A DNA stretch of 64,000 nt from Escherichia coli (GTDB lineage Bacteria; Pseudomonadota; Gammaproteobacteria; Enterobacterales; Enterobacteriaceae). Below, one piece after another: positions 51,992 through 63,016 of the stretch (the stretch's first letter is position 1; each line of letters starts with the position of its first letter). The stretch lies in NCBI RefSeq assembly GCF_003790525.1, contig NZ_CP033635.1, one strand, 5' to 3'. Below the pieces are notes generated by a model. The model had not been told where the DNA came from, searched no databases, and saw only the letters and a program-made list of their open reading frames with translations. Both the position numbers and the translations under genes were made by a program.

Positions 51992-53662
51992 TCACCGTAT
52001 TCTCTGAAACAGGCCCCAAATCGTCCCAATGATATTATTCACTGTCATGTTAGTTGTGCATAACATCCATGTACCAAGCATAGGATCGCCAAATAAAAAG
52101 CGGATATCTGTAAGTTTATCCGATGACGACGACACAATAACGGCCTGTCTGATACTATACCCGGGTATTTCACGGGTATTTGTTACCTCATGATTTCGTT
52201 CTATGATCCCCAGAACATAAGACCCCACGGAATAAACACTTCCGACGCTCGCTGGCTGCCCCGGCTGTCCCTGCGGACCTGCCGGGCCGCGTTCACCTGT
52301 ATACCCTCTTGGCCCCTGCGGACCTGCCGGGCCGCGTTCACCTGTATCCCCCTTTAGTCCCTGTGGACCTGCCGGACCGCGTTCACCTGTATCGCCCTTT
52401 GGTCCCTGTGGACCACGCTCCCCCTGGGCTCCCAGCTCTTTCCATTCAGACCAGGGGCCATTACCGGTAAAATTACCAGTAACAGTTCTTACGAACTTTC
52501 GTGGTGGGTTCCAGGTTGTATATTCATGCTGGCAATATCCCCATGCACCAACTCTTACCTGAAGATAACCCGCTCTCTGAATCGGATAATTATTTTCTCG
52601 TGTAGCCCTACTGTCTGATGGCTGATAATAATCACCCTGATCGGTCACTCGTCCCAGTCGGTTCAGATCACCATTCAGCAGTTGTCCACGGGATGACTCT
52701 CCTCTTGGTCCCTGTGGACCTGCCGGACCGCGTTCACCTGTATCGCCCTTTGGTCCCTGTGGACCTGCCGGGCCACGTTCACCTGTATCGCCCTTTGGTC
52801 CCTGTGGACCTGCCGGGCCGCGTTCACCTGTTTCACCTTTTGGTCCCTGTGGACCTCCCGGATCTCCTTTATCCCCCTTAGGGCCTTTTTCTCCTCGCTC
52901 ACCCTTTTCTCCCTTCAGACCCTGAGGGCCTTCCGGACCACGTGCACCTGTTTCGCCCTTTGCTCCCTGTGGACCTGCCGGGCCGCGTTCACCTGTTTCA
53001 CCTTTTGCTCCCTGTGGACCTTCCGGACCACGTGCACCTGTTTCGCCCTTTAGTCCCTGTGGACCTGCCGGGCCGCGTTCACCTGTATCGCCCTTTGGTC
53101 CCTGTGGACCTGCCGGACCGCGTTCACCTGTTTCACCTTTTGGTCCCTGTGGTCCTGCCGGGCCACGTGCTCCTGTTTCACCTTTTGGCCCCTGTGGCCC
53201 GGTAATGCCTCTTTCACCACGAGCGCCGGTATCCCCTTTCTCTCCTCGTGGTCCCCGGGCAGATGCAGCTCGTTTCCGGGCTTCCTCCGCCTCAGATGCC
53301 GCGGACTCTGCTCTGTGCAGTATGGACTGCACCACAGCCTCCAGCTCTGACAACGCCTTCGGATAATAAGGAGCATCTTCCAGCTCCATCAGAAATTTAT
53401 TCAGTGTTCCCGGTGAAGAATCCTCCCTGACCACGATATCTCCCACATACGAAGGACGGTAACCTTCTGTATTGAGTGTCACCCTGTATATTCCTGGCTC
53501 CACATCCATACTGTAACTCCCCGTCTCTTCCGGCATGCCATAAGCCACTGTCGTGGCGATGACTGTCTCGCTGGTTCTCTTCGCTTTCAGCTCAATAATG
53601 CATCCCGGTACCGGTTTTCCGGTTCCGTCCCTCAGCACGCCTGAAATTTTTACAGCCGCCAT
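51992..53662 (-). CDS. stf: Side tail fiber protein (Stf-like) with collagen-like Gly-X-Y repeats
   Basis: 556 aa; N-terminus MAAVKISGVLRDGTGKPV resembles lambda Stf; long GPxGxxGxxG runs. Confidence 0.8.
   Translation of the reverse strand: MAAVKISGVLRDGTGKPVPGCIIELKAKRTSETVIATTVAYGMPEETGSYSMDVEPGIYRVTLNTEGYRPSYVGDIVVREDSSPGTLNKFLMELEDAPYYPKALSELEAVVQSILHRAESAASEAEEARKRAASARGPRGEKGDTGARGERGITGPQGPKGETGARGPAGPQGPKGETGERGPAGPQGPKGDTGERGPAGPQGLKGETGARGPEGPQGAKGETGERGPAGPQGAKGETGARGPEGPQGLKGEKGERGEKGPKGDKGDPGGPQGPKGETGERGPAGPQGPKGDTGERGPAGPQGPKGDTGERGPAGPQGPRGESSRGQLLNGDLNRLGRVTDQGDYYQPSDSRATRENNYPIQRAGYLQVRVGAWGYCQHEYTTWNPPRKFVRTVTGNFTGNGPWSEWKELGAQGERGPQGPKGDTGERGPAGPQGLKGDTGERGPAGPQGPRGYTGERGPAGPQGQPGQPASVGSVYSVGSYVLGIIERNHEVTNTREIPGYSIRQAVIVSSSSDKLTDIRFLFGDPMLGTWMLCTTNMTVNNIIGTIWGLFQRIR
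52250..53290. repeat. Collagen-like Gly-X-Y coding repeats (two blocks) within stf
   Basis: Reiterated cctgtggacctgccgg...cgttcacctgt units; protein shows G-P-X-G triplets. Confidence 0.8.
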
Positions 53663-53720
53663 ACTCGCTCCACAAATAAAAAAGGCGCCATTTCTGGCGC
53701 CCGTATCTGGGTTATAAAAT

Positions 53721-56700
53721 TCAGCTAATCGTGATGCCTGCAGTGGCTTTCTTCATCACAACAACCAGCAAATCGCTGATACTTGCTGAGGGATACCAGC
53801 CATTTACCCACCATGCTGATACCGAAAACTCCAGTGTCATTACGCCACTGCCTGCAGGCATATCAATAACACCCGTGTATATCAGCGTATTATCCAGAGC
53901 CGTTCGGTTATAAATTTCAGCCCCGTTTTTCTTCACTATCAGGCGGCATGACGAATAAGGCTCCTTATCCTTCCGCGGATGTCTGGCCCCCCTGAAAGCC
54001 ACCGCTGGAATAACAATTTGCCGGTCAAACGGCTGATCGTCATAAACCCTGACGGTAATGGTCCCTGATGGCCACGTCTCCGGTGCACGGGAGTCACGGG
54101 GGAAAGCCTTACCCACTGTTTTAACGAGATCGCCTTCAATCTGGTTTGCAGACAGTTTTCCCAGAACCCGACAGTTCTCGTTAATCGTGACGTTGTTGAG
54201 CGAGCCCGAATTCGCATTCACGTTACCACTGATATCGACATTTTTCGCCGTCAGACGCCCGTCCGGTGTCAGGGAAAATGCCGGGGGATTGCCGGATGAG
54301 GTGATACTCACCGCAAACAGTCGCTTCATGAAAACATCATTCATGAACAGCTGATCACCCTGAGCCACAAACAAAGGTGTTGTATTGCCATTTTCCGGGT
54401 TAATCATCGCAATACGATCTGCCTGCATCAGGATCTGACTCTGAATTCCGTCAGACGTATTTTCGATTCCGGCACCAATACCTGCAATATAGAGACGTCC
54501 ATCCCGTGTCTGCTGCAGCTTCACAGCCCACATGCTGTTCAGGTTCCGGCGCGTGTCCTCCTGAACTTTCTGTATCTGCTCAATGCTGGCATTCCAGGAT
54601 CCCAGTTTTTTATCCGTGCTCTGTTTGATCTGACTTCCCTTATCATCAACATACTGTCTGATCTGCGCTATCTGTCGGCTGTTCTCCTCCGTGCTCCTGC
54701 TTACTGTCTGCCGGATTTCGCTTCCCATCCTGTCAACTTTTCTGTCAACTTCCGCAATGGCCATTGACTGTTCACCGCTCTTTTTCGCCACAACAGTACT
54801 TATTTGCGCACTTTTATCATCAACATACTGCCTGACCTGCGCTATCTGTCGGCTGTTCTCCTCCGTGCTCCTGCTCACTGTCTGCCGGATTTCACTGCTC
54901 ACGCTGTCAACTTTCCTGTCGACTTTCGCAATGGCCAGCGACTGTTCACCGCTCTTTTTCGCCACCAGTTCCGTTATGCTGTTTTCAGACGCCGTGATTT
55001 TTTTCGTCACCTCTGCGATATCACGCTCCGCACGCTGCCTCACATCTTTCTCCAGCTGCGTCATTTCGCGGTTAATCTCATTCTCCAGTTGCTCAACTTC
55101 AGTGCGCCGTGCAGAGGCATCAATGCGTTCATTGATCTCCCGTCCCAGATGCGTTTTATTTATCGCCCCCCTGAAAAAATTAAGGTAAGCGGCAGGATCA
55201 TTACTCGGTTGACCGACTGCCTCCACGAATGCCGATTTACCGACAGTGTTAACACTGCGGATATAAAAGTAATAATCATGGCCAGGTTTAATATTCTGGC
55301 CGGAGACAAGCCACTGACTTCCGGTACCAAGATAACGGGCTGTGGTTTCAACCTGCCTGATATCGGTAATCCGCTTTTCCGAAAACCAGAACTCAAACTG
55401 TACCGTCGGATCATAAACCGCAAGATGCGGCGTGGCGGTTATCTGAAAATAGCCCGGCGTCAGCTCAATCCGCGACGGCGCTGCCGGTGCGGCAATCCGG
55501 AACGATACCGACGCCGGGTCTCCCTGCTGCCCCCGGGAATTTACTGCCCGGACTGTCAGCCTGTAGTTCCCCGGCGCCAGCTGCCTGAAGCGGTATGTGG
55601 TTTCCGTCGTCCGGGCCGTGCTGACCAGCCGCTCACTGCCATCATCCGCGGCCACGGTCAGGCGAAGCAGGAAGCTCACGCCCTTCACCACCTTCGGCGT
55701 GTCCCAGCGGGCCAGTACCTGATACTCCCCGCTGTCTGCGGTGACTTCGACAGTCAGGTGCTGCACCGCTGGCGGCGTGACACCATTCACCGTGCCGCTC
55801 TGGTCGCCGTCAAAGTGTGCCCCGTTATCCACGATGGCCTCTTTTTCCGGTACATGCTGCACGGCAGTGATGGCATACGTGCCGTCGTCGTTCTCACGGA
55901 TACTCACGCAGCGGAACAGGCGCTGGCGCAGCGTCGGCAGCTTCAGCCCCCACACGCTGTACTCGGCAACGCCGTCAGGAACCCGGCTCACTTTTACCTT
56001 CACGCCGTCGGTGACGGACTGAACCTCCACGCTGACCGGATTGCCACTTCCGTCAACCAGGCTTATCAGCGTGGTACCGGAGGATGGCAGCTTGATTTCA
56101 CGGTCGAGCGTCAGCGTCCGGGTCTGGCTGTTCACCGTCAGCACACGACCACCGGTGCTGATACCGGCATAGTCATCATCACAGATTTCAATGACATCGC
56201 CCGGTACATGGCGAAGCCCTTCAGCACCCACGCTGAAATCCACGGTCTGCGTCTCCAGCAGTTCTGTTTTAATCAGCCACAGCCCGGCGCGGTGTGCCTG
56301 CCCCCGACTGGTACAACCAAAGGCATCCATCTTCGTGACATTACGACCGTAACGGGCAATGGCCTGCGTATCTTCAACAAGCTCTGTCGCCGTCTCCTGG
56401 CCGTTATCCGGGTCACTCCAGTTCACCTCAACGGCATTATGGCGGTCCTTCAGGGCGCTGAAGCTGTAGCGGAACGGCGCGCCATCATCCGGCATCACCA
56501 CATTACTGCGGTTATAGGTCCACACCTTATCCGACTGTCGGTCCTGCACGAACGTCAGCGTCTGCCCGTTCCATACCGGCATACAGCGCATCGCCGAGCA
56601 GAAATCACTGAGCACATCCCACGCCTTACGCTGCCTGGTCAGCCAGGCATTACAGGTGATGCGCGGCTCCGTGCCACCAGAGCCGTCCGGCACCGACTGG

Positions 56701-57626
56701 TCGCAGTACTGGCCGATGACATACAGCGCCCATTTGTCCACATCCGCTGCGCCAACACGTTTCCCCATGCCGTAGCGCGGGTGGGTCAGCATATCCCACA
56801 GACACCAGGCCGGGTTATCGCTGTATGCCGGTTTAAACGTTCCGTCCCAGATACCGCTGTATTGCCGCGTCTGCGGGTTATAATTCGACGGCACCTGCAG
56901 AATGCGCCCGCGAAAATGATAATTACGGCTCACCTGCTGGCTGCCGAACTGCTCCGAATCCACCTGCACACCGACCAGTGCCGTGTTCGGGTAGCACTGT
57001 TTCACATCGATGATTTCGGTGTATGACGACCAGAGCGTTTTGTTCTGCAGCTGGTCTGTGGTGCTGTCCGGCGTCATCCTGCGCATCCGGATACTGAACG
57101 GGCGCGGCGGCAGGTTACCCACCACCACCGAGGCCAGATACTGCGAGGTGGTTTTGCCCTTAATGGTGATGTCTTTTTCCGTTAACCAGCGGCCGTTACG
57201 CTGTATCTGAACCAGCAGGCGGACTTCCGACGGATTCCGGTCCCCCTTTGAGGTGGTTTCCACCAGTGCCTGCACACCGAAGGTCAGGCGCAGACGGTCG
57301 ATGTTTGCCGACGTGATGGTCCGGGTAATCGGCGTGTCGTACTTCACTTCCGTACCCAGCACCGTCTCGGAGCCGGAGGATTCAAATCCCTCCGGCGGTG
57401 TCTGCTCCTGCTCACCGGCACGGAACACCACCGTGACGCCGGAGATGTTGGTATTCCCCTCACTGTCCAGCACCGGCGTACCGTTCAGCAGCACGCTTTT
57501 TAATCCATCCACCGGTCCTTGTATCGGCCCTTCGCTGATGACATCGATCACACTCAGCAACTGCGTGGATTTCAGATTGTCCTTCGCTTCGCGCGGGGTA
57601 TGCCCCTTACTGCTGCCTTTACCCAT
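53721..57626 (-). CDS. J: Tail tip host-specificity protein J
   Basis: 1301 aa; N-terminal 800 aa closely resemble lambda J ([28 protein letters not shown]). Confidence 0.95.
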   Translation of the reverse strand: MGKGSSKGHTPREAKDNLKSTQLLSVIDVISEGPIQGPVDGLKSVLLNGTPVLDSEGNTNISGVTVVFRAGEQEQTPPEGFESSGSETVLGTEVKYDTPITRTITSANIDRLRLTFGVQALVETTSKGDRNPSEVRLLVQIQRNGRWLTEKDITIKGKTTSQYLASVVVGNLPPRPFSIRMRRMTPDSTTDQLQNKTLWSSYTEIIDVKQCYPNTALVGVQVDSEQFGSQQVSRNYHFRGRILQVPSNYNPQTRQYSGIWDGTFKPAYSDNPAWCLWDMLTHPRYGMGKRVGAADVDKWALYVIGQYCDQSVPDGSGGTEPRITCNAWLTRQRKAWDVLSDFCSAMRCMPVWNGQTLTFVQDRQSDKVWTYNRSNVVMPDDGAPFRYSFSALKDRHNAVEVNWSDPDNGQETATELVEDTQAIARYGRNVTKMDAFGCTSRGQAHRAGLWLIKTELLETQTVDFSVGAEGLRHVPGDVIEICDDDYAGISTGGRVLTVNSQTRTLTLDREIKLPSSGTTLISLVDGSGNPVSVEVQSVTDGVKVKVSRVPDGVAEYSVWGLKLPTLRQRLFRCVSIRENDDGTYAITAVQHVPEKEAIVDNGAHFDGDQSGTVNGVTPPAVQHLTVEVTADSGEYQVLARWDTPKVVKGVSFLLRLTVAADDGSERLVSTARTTETTYRFRQLAPGNYRLTVRAVNSRGQQGDPASVSFRIAAPAAPSRIELTPGYFQITATPHLAVYDPTVQFEFWFSEKRITDIRQVETTARYLGTGSQWLVSGQNIKPGHDYYFYIRSVNTVGKSAFVEAVGQPSNDPAAYLNFFRGAINKTHLGREINERIDASARRTEVEQLENEINREMTQLEKDVRQRAERDIAEVTKKITASENSITELVAKKSGEQSLAIAKVDRKVDSVSSEIRQTVSRSTEENSRQIAQVRQYVDDKSAQISTVVAKKSGEQSMAIAEVDRKVDRMGSEIRQTVSRSTEENSRQIAQIRQYVDDKGSQIKQSTDKKLGSWNASIEQIQKVQEDTRRNLNSMWAVKLQQTRDGRLYIAGIGAGIENTSDGIQSQILMQADRIAMINPENGNTTPLFVAQGDQLFMNDVFMKRLFAVSITSSGNPPAFSLTPDGRLTAKNVDISGNVNANSGSLNNVTINENCRVLGKLSANQIEGDLVKTVGKAFPRDSRAPETWPSGTITVRVYDDQPFDRQIVIPAVAFRGARHPRKDKEPYSSCRLIVKKNGAEIYNRTALDNTLIYTGVIDMPAGSGVMTLEFSVSAWWVNGWYPSASISDLLVVVMKKATAGITIS
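54650..54975. repeat. Imperfect tandem duplication of about 168 bp (56 aa) inside J
   Basis: Two copies of the [18 protein letters not shown]...[27 protein letters not shown] coding unit. Confidence 0.8.
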
Positions 57627-57686
57627 TCGTCATGCTCCATAAACGACAAAACCGCCCGGAGGCGGTTTCACATAAAACATTTTGCA

Positions 57687-58358
57687 TCAGCGACCAATCA
57701 CCACAACCCGGACGCCATCCCCCTCATCCGCTGTGCTGATCTCCTGCGAAATTACCCGTGACCCCACGCGCATTTCACCGTACAGAACGGGCAGAGCATT
57801 CCCCTGGGCAACCATGTTATCCAGTGAGGAGAAATAGGTGTTTTGTTTGCCGTTATCCGTTGTCTGTGTACGGGGAGTTCTGGCTTTCGGTGCCAGCATC
57901 TGCGCCACACCACCGAGCACCATACTGGCACCGAGAGAAAACAGGATGCCGGTCATACCACCGGCCCCAATGGCTGCCCCCCATGCTGCAAGGGTGGCTC
58001 CGGCGGTAAAGAATGATCCGGCAATGGCGGCAGCTCCCAGGACAATCTGGAATACGCCACCTGACTTGGCTCCGGCGACTCTGGGAACAATATGAATCAC
58101 AGCGCCGTCAGGCAGAGTCTCATGTAACTGCGCCGTTAACCCGCACGTGCTGACGTCCCGCCCGGCAATCCGTACCTGATACCAGCCGTCGCTCAGTTTC
58201 TGACGAAACGCCGGGAGCTGTGTGGCCAGCGCCCGAATGGCTTCAGCCCCCGTTTTCACACGAAGGTCGATGCGGCGGCCAAATCGTTGCAAATCCCCGT
58301 AAAGGCAGATGCGTGCCATGCCCGGTGACGCCAGAGGGAGTGTGTGCGTCGCTGCCAT
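57687..58358 (-). CDS. I: Tail assembly protein I
   Basis: 223-aa lambda gpI homolog. Confidence 0.9.
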   Translation of the reverse strand: MAATHTLPLASPGMARICLYGDLQRFGRRIDLRVKTGAEAIRALATQLPAFRQKLSDGWYQVRIAGRDVSTCGLTAQLHETLPDGAVIHIVPRVAGAKSGGVFQIVLGAAAIAGSFFTAGATLAAWGAAIGAGGMTGILFSLGASMVLGGVAQMLAPKARTPRTQTTDNGKQNTYFSSLDNMVAQGNALPVLYGEMRVGSRVISQEISTADEGDGVRVVVIGR

Positions 58359-58999
58359 TTGTCGGTATACCTCTCTCGTTTGCTCAGTTGTTCAGGAATA
58401 TGGTGCAGCAGCCCGCCGTCGCCGCAGTAAATGGCGGCATGATTCGGCACCGATGAACCAAAACAGCACAGCAGCACGTCGCCGGGCTGCGCCTCTGTCA
58501 GTGCGACACGGTAAAAACCAGTCGCCTCCATATTGTCAAGATAGAGATTCTGACCGTGACGCCACCAGTCATCCCCGCGATGAAAATCCGGCATCTCAAT
58601 CCCCGCCAGATGATAAGCATCCCGGAACAGCGTGTAACAGTCCGTCACCCCGTGCTCAAAACGCCGCCCGGTGAGATGCGGCACACAGCGGAACTTGTGA
58701 ATCGTCCCCCGGCAGACCAGCCACCACGGCAAATCACTCTGCACCTGCAGCCGCCGGTCGGCCTCACTCAGCCAGGGCAGACCACCGGGGTGGCTGTGGA
58801 CCAGCGCCACAATCTCACCCTGCATTTCTGCCCGCAGCCAGTCCTCCGGAGCCATCCGGAAATACGCCTCCGGCTCACCGGAGATATTCACGCAGGGAAA
58901 ATATCTTTCCCCCTCCGGCGTTCTCACCACGAAGCCGCACGACTCCGCTGGCGCACATCGCCGGGCGTGCGCCAGAATCGCTGATTCTGTCTCTGTCAT
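58256..58999 (-). CDS. K: Tail tip assembly protein K (MPN/JAMM plus NlpC/P60)
   Basis: Starts MTETESAIL; JAMM motif HSHPGGLPWLSEAD; a shorter 199-aa form would start at 58855; overlaps I by 103 nt. Confidence 0.85.
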   Translation of the reverse strand: MTETESAILAHARRCAPAESCGFVVRTPEGERYFPCVNISGEPEAYFRMAPEDWLRAEMQGEIVALVHSHPGGLPWLSEADRRLQVQSDLPWWLVCRGTIHKFRCVPHLTGRRFEHGVTDCYTLFRDAYHLAGIEMPDFHRGDDWWRHGQNLYLDNMEATGFYRVALTEAQPGDVLLCCFGSSVPNHAAIYCGDGGLLHHIPEQLSKRERYTDKWQRRTHSLWRHRAWHASAFTGICNDLAAASTFV

Positions 59000-59003
59000 G
59001 GAA

Positions 59004-59702
59004 TTACTGCGAAAGTTTGTGAATGGAAAGGAAGCCGCCAAAGTTGCCGACGTTATTGCGAAACTTACAGCCGCTCAGGCATTTGCTGCATTTATCCTTC
59101 GTGATATCGGACGTCGGCTGATCATATTCATCCGCGACCGCCGGACCGCTATAACCGCACTCATCGCCGCGATAGGTCCAGGTGCAGGTGTTGGCCAGCA
59201 TGATACGTCCCGGAAAAACAGCGCCGTCCGTTTCCGTCGGCGTGGCCAGTACAAAGGTCGCGCTGACCGCTGTCAAATCACTGCACTGCTCGATGCGCCA
59301 GCGGCTGATAACCTCCTGCTCCGGATCGGCGTCACTGTTTCCGTTGACGAAGTTCACCGCATCCAGAAAACGGGCATAAACTTTACGCCGGACCACCGTT
59401 CCGCCGACCAGACTCTGCATATCTTCCACCATACCGGTGACCATACCGTACAGGTTAGAAACCGTCAGCGTGGGGCGCGTACTGGTGCCTTTGCCATTCA
59501 GTTCAAAACCACTCCCCTGAATGGGATACGGCTGATACTGTCGCACCTGCCAGGTGACCGGCTCACCTTTTTCGTTCTGCTCATTACAGAAAAAATAACG
59601 TTCTCCACCGACCTCTGTCAGATCGATTTCCCAGAGCACCACGCTGGCCGACTGCTCCGCACGGGTGCATTCATTCAGTGTTTCCTGCCGGATATCCTGC
59701 AT
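59004..59702 (-). CDS. L: Minor tail protein L
   Basis: 232-aa lambda gpL homolog. Confidence 0.9.
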   Translation of the reverse strand: MQDIRQETLNECTRAEQSASVVLWEIDLTEVGGERYFFCNEQNEKGEPVTWQVRQYQPYPIQGSGFELNGKGTSTRPTLTVSNLYGMVTGMVEDMQSLVGGTVVRRKVYARFLDAVNFVNGNSDADPEQEVISRWRIEQCSDLTAVSATFVLATPTETDGAVFPGRIMLANTCTWTYRGDECGYSGPAVADEYDQPTSDITKDKCSKCLSGCKFRNNVGNFGGFLSIHKLSQ

Positions 59703-60031
59703 CAGTTCACCACCTGTTCAAACTCTGCGCTGAACTCAACACGCAGCATACTGACCCGCGACGACCATTTTGCGCAGGTCACCTTTATCTGCCGCCACTC
59801 ATAAGGCGGCGTCCACAGAAAGGCCTTCCAGCCCCCGTGCTCAGCCAGAAACGACTCCAGCGCCGTGGCCTCCTCACGGGAGACAGACAGCGTCACGCTG
59901 TACGTTTTCAGGTCGGCATTCAGACCGGCAGGCGCTCGCTGGGAATAGCCATCACCAAAGCGCACTTTCCTGACGGAAGGGGCCGAAGCCACATCCATAC
60001 CGGGTTTCACTTTCCAGCGGAAGGTCTTCAT
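59702..60031 (-). CDS. M: Minor tail protein M
   Basis: 109-aa lambda gpM homolog. Confidence 0.9.
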   Translation of the reverse strand: MKTFRWKVKPGMDVASAPSVRKVRFGDGYSQRAPAGLNADLKTYSVTLSVSREEATALESFLAEHGGWKAFLWTPPYEWRQIKVTCAKWSSRVSMLRVEFSAEFEQVVN

Positions 60032-62589
60032 CGTCCACCTCCGGAGAACAGGCCACCATCACGCATCTGTGTCTGAATTTCATCACGGGCACCCTTGCGG
60101 GCCATGTCATACACCGCCTTCAGAGCAGCCGGACCTATCTGCCCGTTCGTGCCGTCGTTGTTAATCACCACATGGTTATTCTGCTCAAACGTCCCGGACG
60201 CCTGCGACCGGCTGTCTGCCATGCTGCCCGGTGTACCGACATAACCGCCGGTGGCATAGCCGCGCATCAGCCGGTAGAGATTCCCCACGCCAATCCGGCT
60301 GGTTGCCTCCTTCGTGAAGACAAACTCACCACGGTGAACAATCCCCGCTGGCTCATATTTGCCGCCGGTTCCTGTGAATCCTCCGGTTGAAAAATGGAAT
60401 TTCGCCGCAGCGGCCTGAATGGCTGTACCGCCTGACACTGATGCGCCACCACCGGCAGCACCGCCAATGGCGCTGCCGATACTCCCGACAATCCCCACCA
60501 TTGCCTGCTTAAGCAGAATTTCTGTCATCATGGACAGCACGGAACGGGTGAAGCTGCGCCAGTTCTGCTCACTGCCGGTCAGCATCGCCGCCATATTCTG
60601 TGCAATTCCATCAAAGGTCTGCGTGGCTGCACTTTTAACCTGCGACATACTGTCCGTGGCGCTCTCTTCCCACTCACTCCAGCCGGACTTCAGGCCAGCC
60701 ATCCAGCTCCCGCGAAGCAGGTCTTCAGCCGCCCAGGTCTTTTTCTGCTCTGACATGACGTTATTCAGCGCCAGCGGATTATCGCCATACTGTTCCTTCA
60801 GACGCTGTTCTGTGGCTTCCCGCGCTGCCTGCCGGTCAGTCAGCCCCCGGTTTTTCGCATCAATGGCGGCCCGTTTTGCCCGTTGCTGCTGTGCGAATTT
60901 CTCCGCCTGCTGCGCCAGCGCGTTCAGGCGCTCCTGATACGTAACCTTGTCGCCAAGTGCAGCCAGCTGGCGTTTGTACTCCAGCGTCTCATCTTTATGC
61001 GCCAGCAGGGATTTCTCCTGTGCAGACAGCTGGCGACGTTGTGCCGCCTCCTCCAGTACCGCGAACTGACTCTCCGCCTTCCACAAATCCCGGCGCTGCT
61101 GGCTGATTTTCTCATTCGCTCCGGCATGCTTCTCCAGCATCCGGAGTTCTGCCTGAAGCGTCAGCAGGGCCGCATGAGCACTGTCTTCCTGACGATCGCC
61201 CGCAGACACCTTCACGCCGGACTGTTTCGGCTTTTTCAGCGTCGCTTCATAATCCTTTTTCGCCGCCGCCATCAGCGTGTTGTAATCTGCCTGCAGGATT
61301 TTCCCGTCTTTCAGTGCCTTGTTCAGTTCTTCCTGACGGGCGGTATATTTCTCCAGCGGCGTCTGCAGCCGTTCGTAAGCCTTCTGCGCCTCTTCGGTAT
61401 ATTTCAGCCGTGACGCTTCGGTATCGCTCTGCTGCTGCGCATTTTTGTCCTGTTGACTCTGCTGCTCAGCCTTCTTTCGGGCGGCCTCAAGCGCAAGACG
61501 GGCCTTTTCACGATCATCCCAGTAACGCGCCCGCGCTTCATCGTTAACAAAATAATCATCCTTGCGCAGATTCCAGATGTCGTCCGCTTTCTTAAACGCA
61601 GCCTCTGCCTTAATCAGCATCTCCTGAGCGGTATCAGGACGACCAATATCCAGCACCGCATCCCACATGGATTTGAATGCCCGCGCTGTCCTGTCTGCCC
61701 AGGTCTCCAGCGTGCCCATGTTCTCTTTCAGGCGGCGGGTCTGGTCATCAAACCCTTTCGTTGCGGCCTCGTTCGCCGCCTGCAATGCCCCTGCCTCATC
61801 GCCGGAACGCTGCAACTGAGCAACATACGCAATCTGCTCCGCCGTCACGTTATGGAACTGACGTGCCATCGCTGTCAGTCCCGACGTCGGGTCTGTGGTC
61901 AGCTTCCCGAAGGCTTCAGCGACCTTGTCCACCTCCACGCCGGATGCAGAGGAGAAACGCGCCACACTCTGGCTGATGGACGCAATCTGAGCCTCACCGC
62001 TTACCCCCGCCTTAACCAGTGCACTGAGTGACTCGCTGGTCTGGTTAAACGTCAGCCCTGCCGCCTGCCCGGCTCTGGACAGGACCAGCATACGATCTGC
62101 CGTCAGTCCCGCCTGATTGCCGGAAAGGACCAGCGTTTTGTTGAAATCGGACAGGGTTGAGTTGCCCTGATACCAGGCATACGCCAGCGCACCGGTTGCC
62201 ACCGCCAGCGAGGTGGCCCCGACCATCGGCAGGGTGATCGCACCGGCAAGCCCCCTGAACATGGGGATCATCCCGCCGAAGGAGTCCTTCACCTGACCAC
62301 CCTGTTGCAGCAGGATCAGCCACGGGTTCTGCCCGCCTGCAAGCTGCGTGGCCACGTCAGTGAACTGTGCAGGCAGCATACGCATGGCGGCTTTATACTG
62401 CCCGACGGAAATCCCCGCTTTCTGTGCAGCCAGCGCCTGTCGGCTCAGCGACTGTTCAACGACTGCCGCTGTTTTTTTCGCATCACTTTCCGTACCGGAA
62501 AAATGACGCCTGACTCTGGCCATCTGCTCGTCAAATCTGGCCGCATCCAGACTTAAATCAACGACCAGATCGCCTACCGGTTCAGCCAT
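60028..62589 (-). CDS. H: Tail tape measure protein H
   Basis: 853 aa, coiled-coil rich, lambda gpH-like. Confidence 0.9.
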   Translation of the reverse strand: MAEPVGDLVVDLSLDAARFDEQMARVRRHFSGTESDAKKTAAVVEQSLSRQALAAQKAGISVGQYKAAMRMLPAQFTDVATQLAGGQNPWLILLQQGGQVKDSFGGMIPMFRGLAGAITLPMVGATSLAVATGALAYAWYQGNSTLSDFNKTLVLSGNQAGLTADRMLVLSRAGQAAGLTFNQTSESLSALVKAGVSGEAQIASISQSVARFSSASGVEVDKVAEAFGKLTTDPTSGLTAMARQFHNVTAEQIAYVAQLQRSGDEAGALQAANEAATKGFDDQTRRLKENMGTLETWADRTARAFKSMWDAVLDIGRPDTAQEMLIKAEAAFKKADDIWNLRKDDYFVNDEARARYWDDREKARLALEAARKKAEQQSQQDKNAQQQSDTEASRLKYTEEAQKAYERLQTPLEKYTARQEELNKALKDGKILQADYNTLMAAAKKDYEATLKKPKQSGVKVSAGDRQEDSAHAALLTLQAELRMLEKHAGANEKISQQRRDLWKAESQFAVLEEAAQRRQLSAQEKSLLAHKDETLEYKRQLAALGDKVTYQERLNALAQQAEKFAQQQRAKRAAIDAKNRGLTDRQAAREATEQRLKEQYGDNPLALNNVMSEQKKTWAAEDLLRGSWMAGLKSGWSEWEESATDSMSQVKSAATQTFDGIAQNMAAMLTGSEQNWRSFTRSVLSMMTEILLKQAMVGIVGSIGSAIGGAAGGGASVSGGTAIQAAAAKFHFSTGGFTGTGGKYEPAGIVHRGEFVFTKEATSRIGVGNLYRLMRGYATGGYVGTPGSMADSRSQASGTFEQNNHVVINNDGTNGQIGPAALKAVYDMARKGARDEIQTQMRDGGLFSGGGR

Positions 62590-63016
62590 ACCGGACTCCT
62601 CCTGCGATCCCTTCTGATACTGTCATCAGCATTACGTCATCCTCCGTCATGTCCGCCACATCCGGGGATGCAGGGATAACTTCATTCCCGTCCGGGCCAA
62701 AGCGGACGCCTCCGGCAAGCCCTGCCGCTTTCTGCATCAGCACATCATCTTCAGGCTCTTCGTCAGCCTCGCGCCGGTTCAGCAGACTGAAATCCAGCGG
62801 ATGCATATCCGGATCGCTGAAAAACAGGCTGAGCACGGTGTACGTCAGCCCGGAAAAGTGCATATCCAGCAGAACATCATGAAAATAATGGGTACTGTAA
62901 AAGCGGTGCCAGTCGGCATACTCCGTGGATGACATCCCGGCAAGCATGGCACGCCAGTCGGGTCGCCCCATCTCACGCGCCAGTTTCAGGGCAAAACTCA
63001 GCTCACCGTCGAACAC
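62582..63016 (-). CDS. T: Tail assembly chaperone T reading frame (expressed as G-T fusion by -1 frameshift)
   Basis: 144-aa frame overlapping the 3' end of G in the -1 frame, as in lambda. Confidence 0.8.
   Translation of the reverse strand: MFDGELSFALKLAREMGRPDWRAMLAGMSSTEYADWHRFYSTHYFHDVLLDMHFSGLTYTVLSLFFSDPDMHPLDFSLLNRREADEEPEDDVLMQKAAGLAGGVRFGPDGNEVIPASPDVADMTEDDVMLMTVSEGIAGGVRYG

Noticed and set aside
53663-53720. Absence of a lom-like outer membrane protein gene between J and stf
   Set aside because: Only a 58-bp gap is present; gene content differs from lambda but there is nothing to annotate.
54804-57026. 740-aa plus-strand ORF, with similar long ORFs at 45661-46839, 31794-32693, 24595-25278 and 58998-59804
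   Set aside because: All lie antisense to strongly supported genes (J, aspS, zwf, ptrB, K/L) and have low-complexity, Arg/Cys/His-rich translations typical of antisense frames.
58256-58358. 103-nt overlap between K and I as a possible frameshift or annotation error
   Set aside because: As I recall, lambda K and I overlap by about the same length, so this appears to be the native arrangement.
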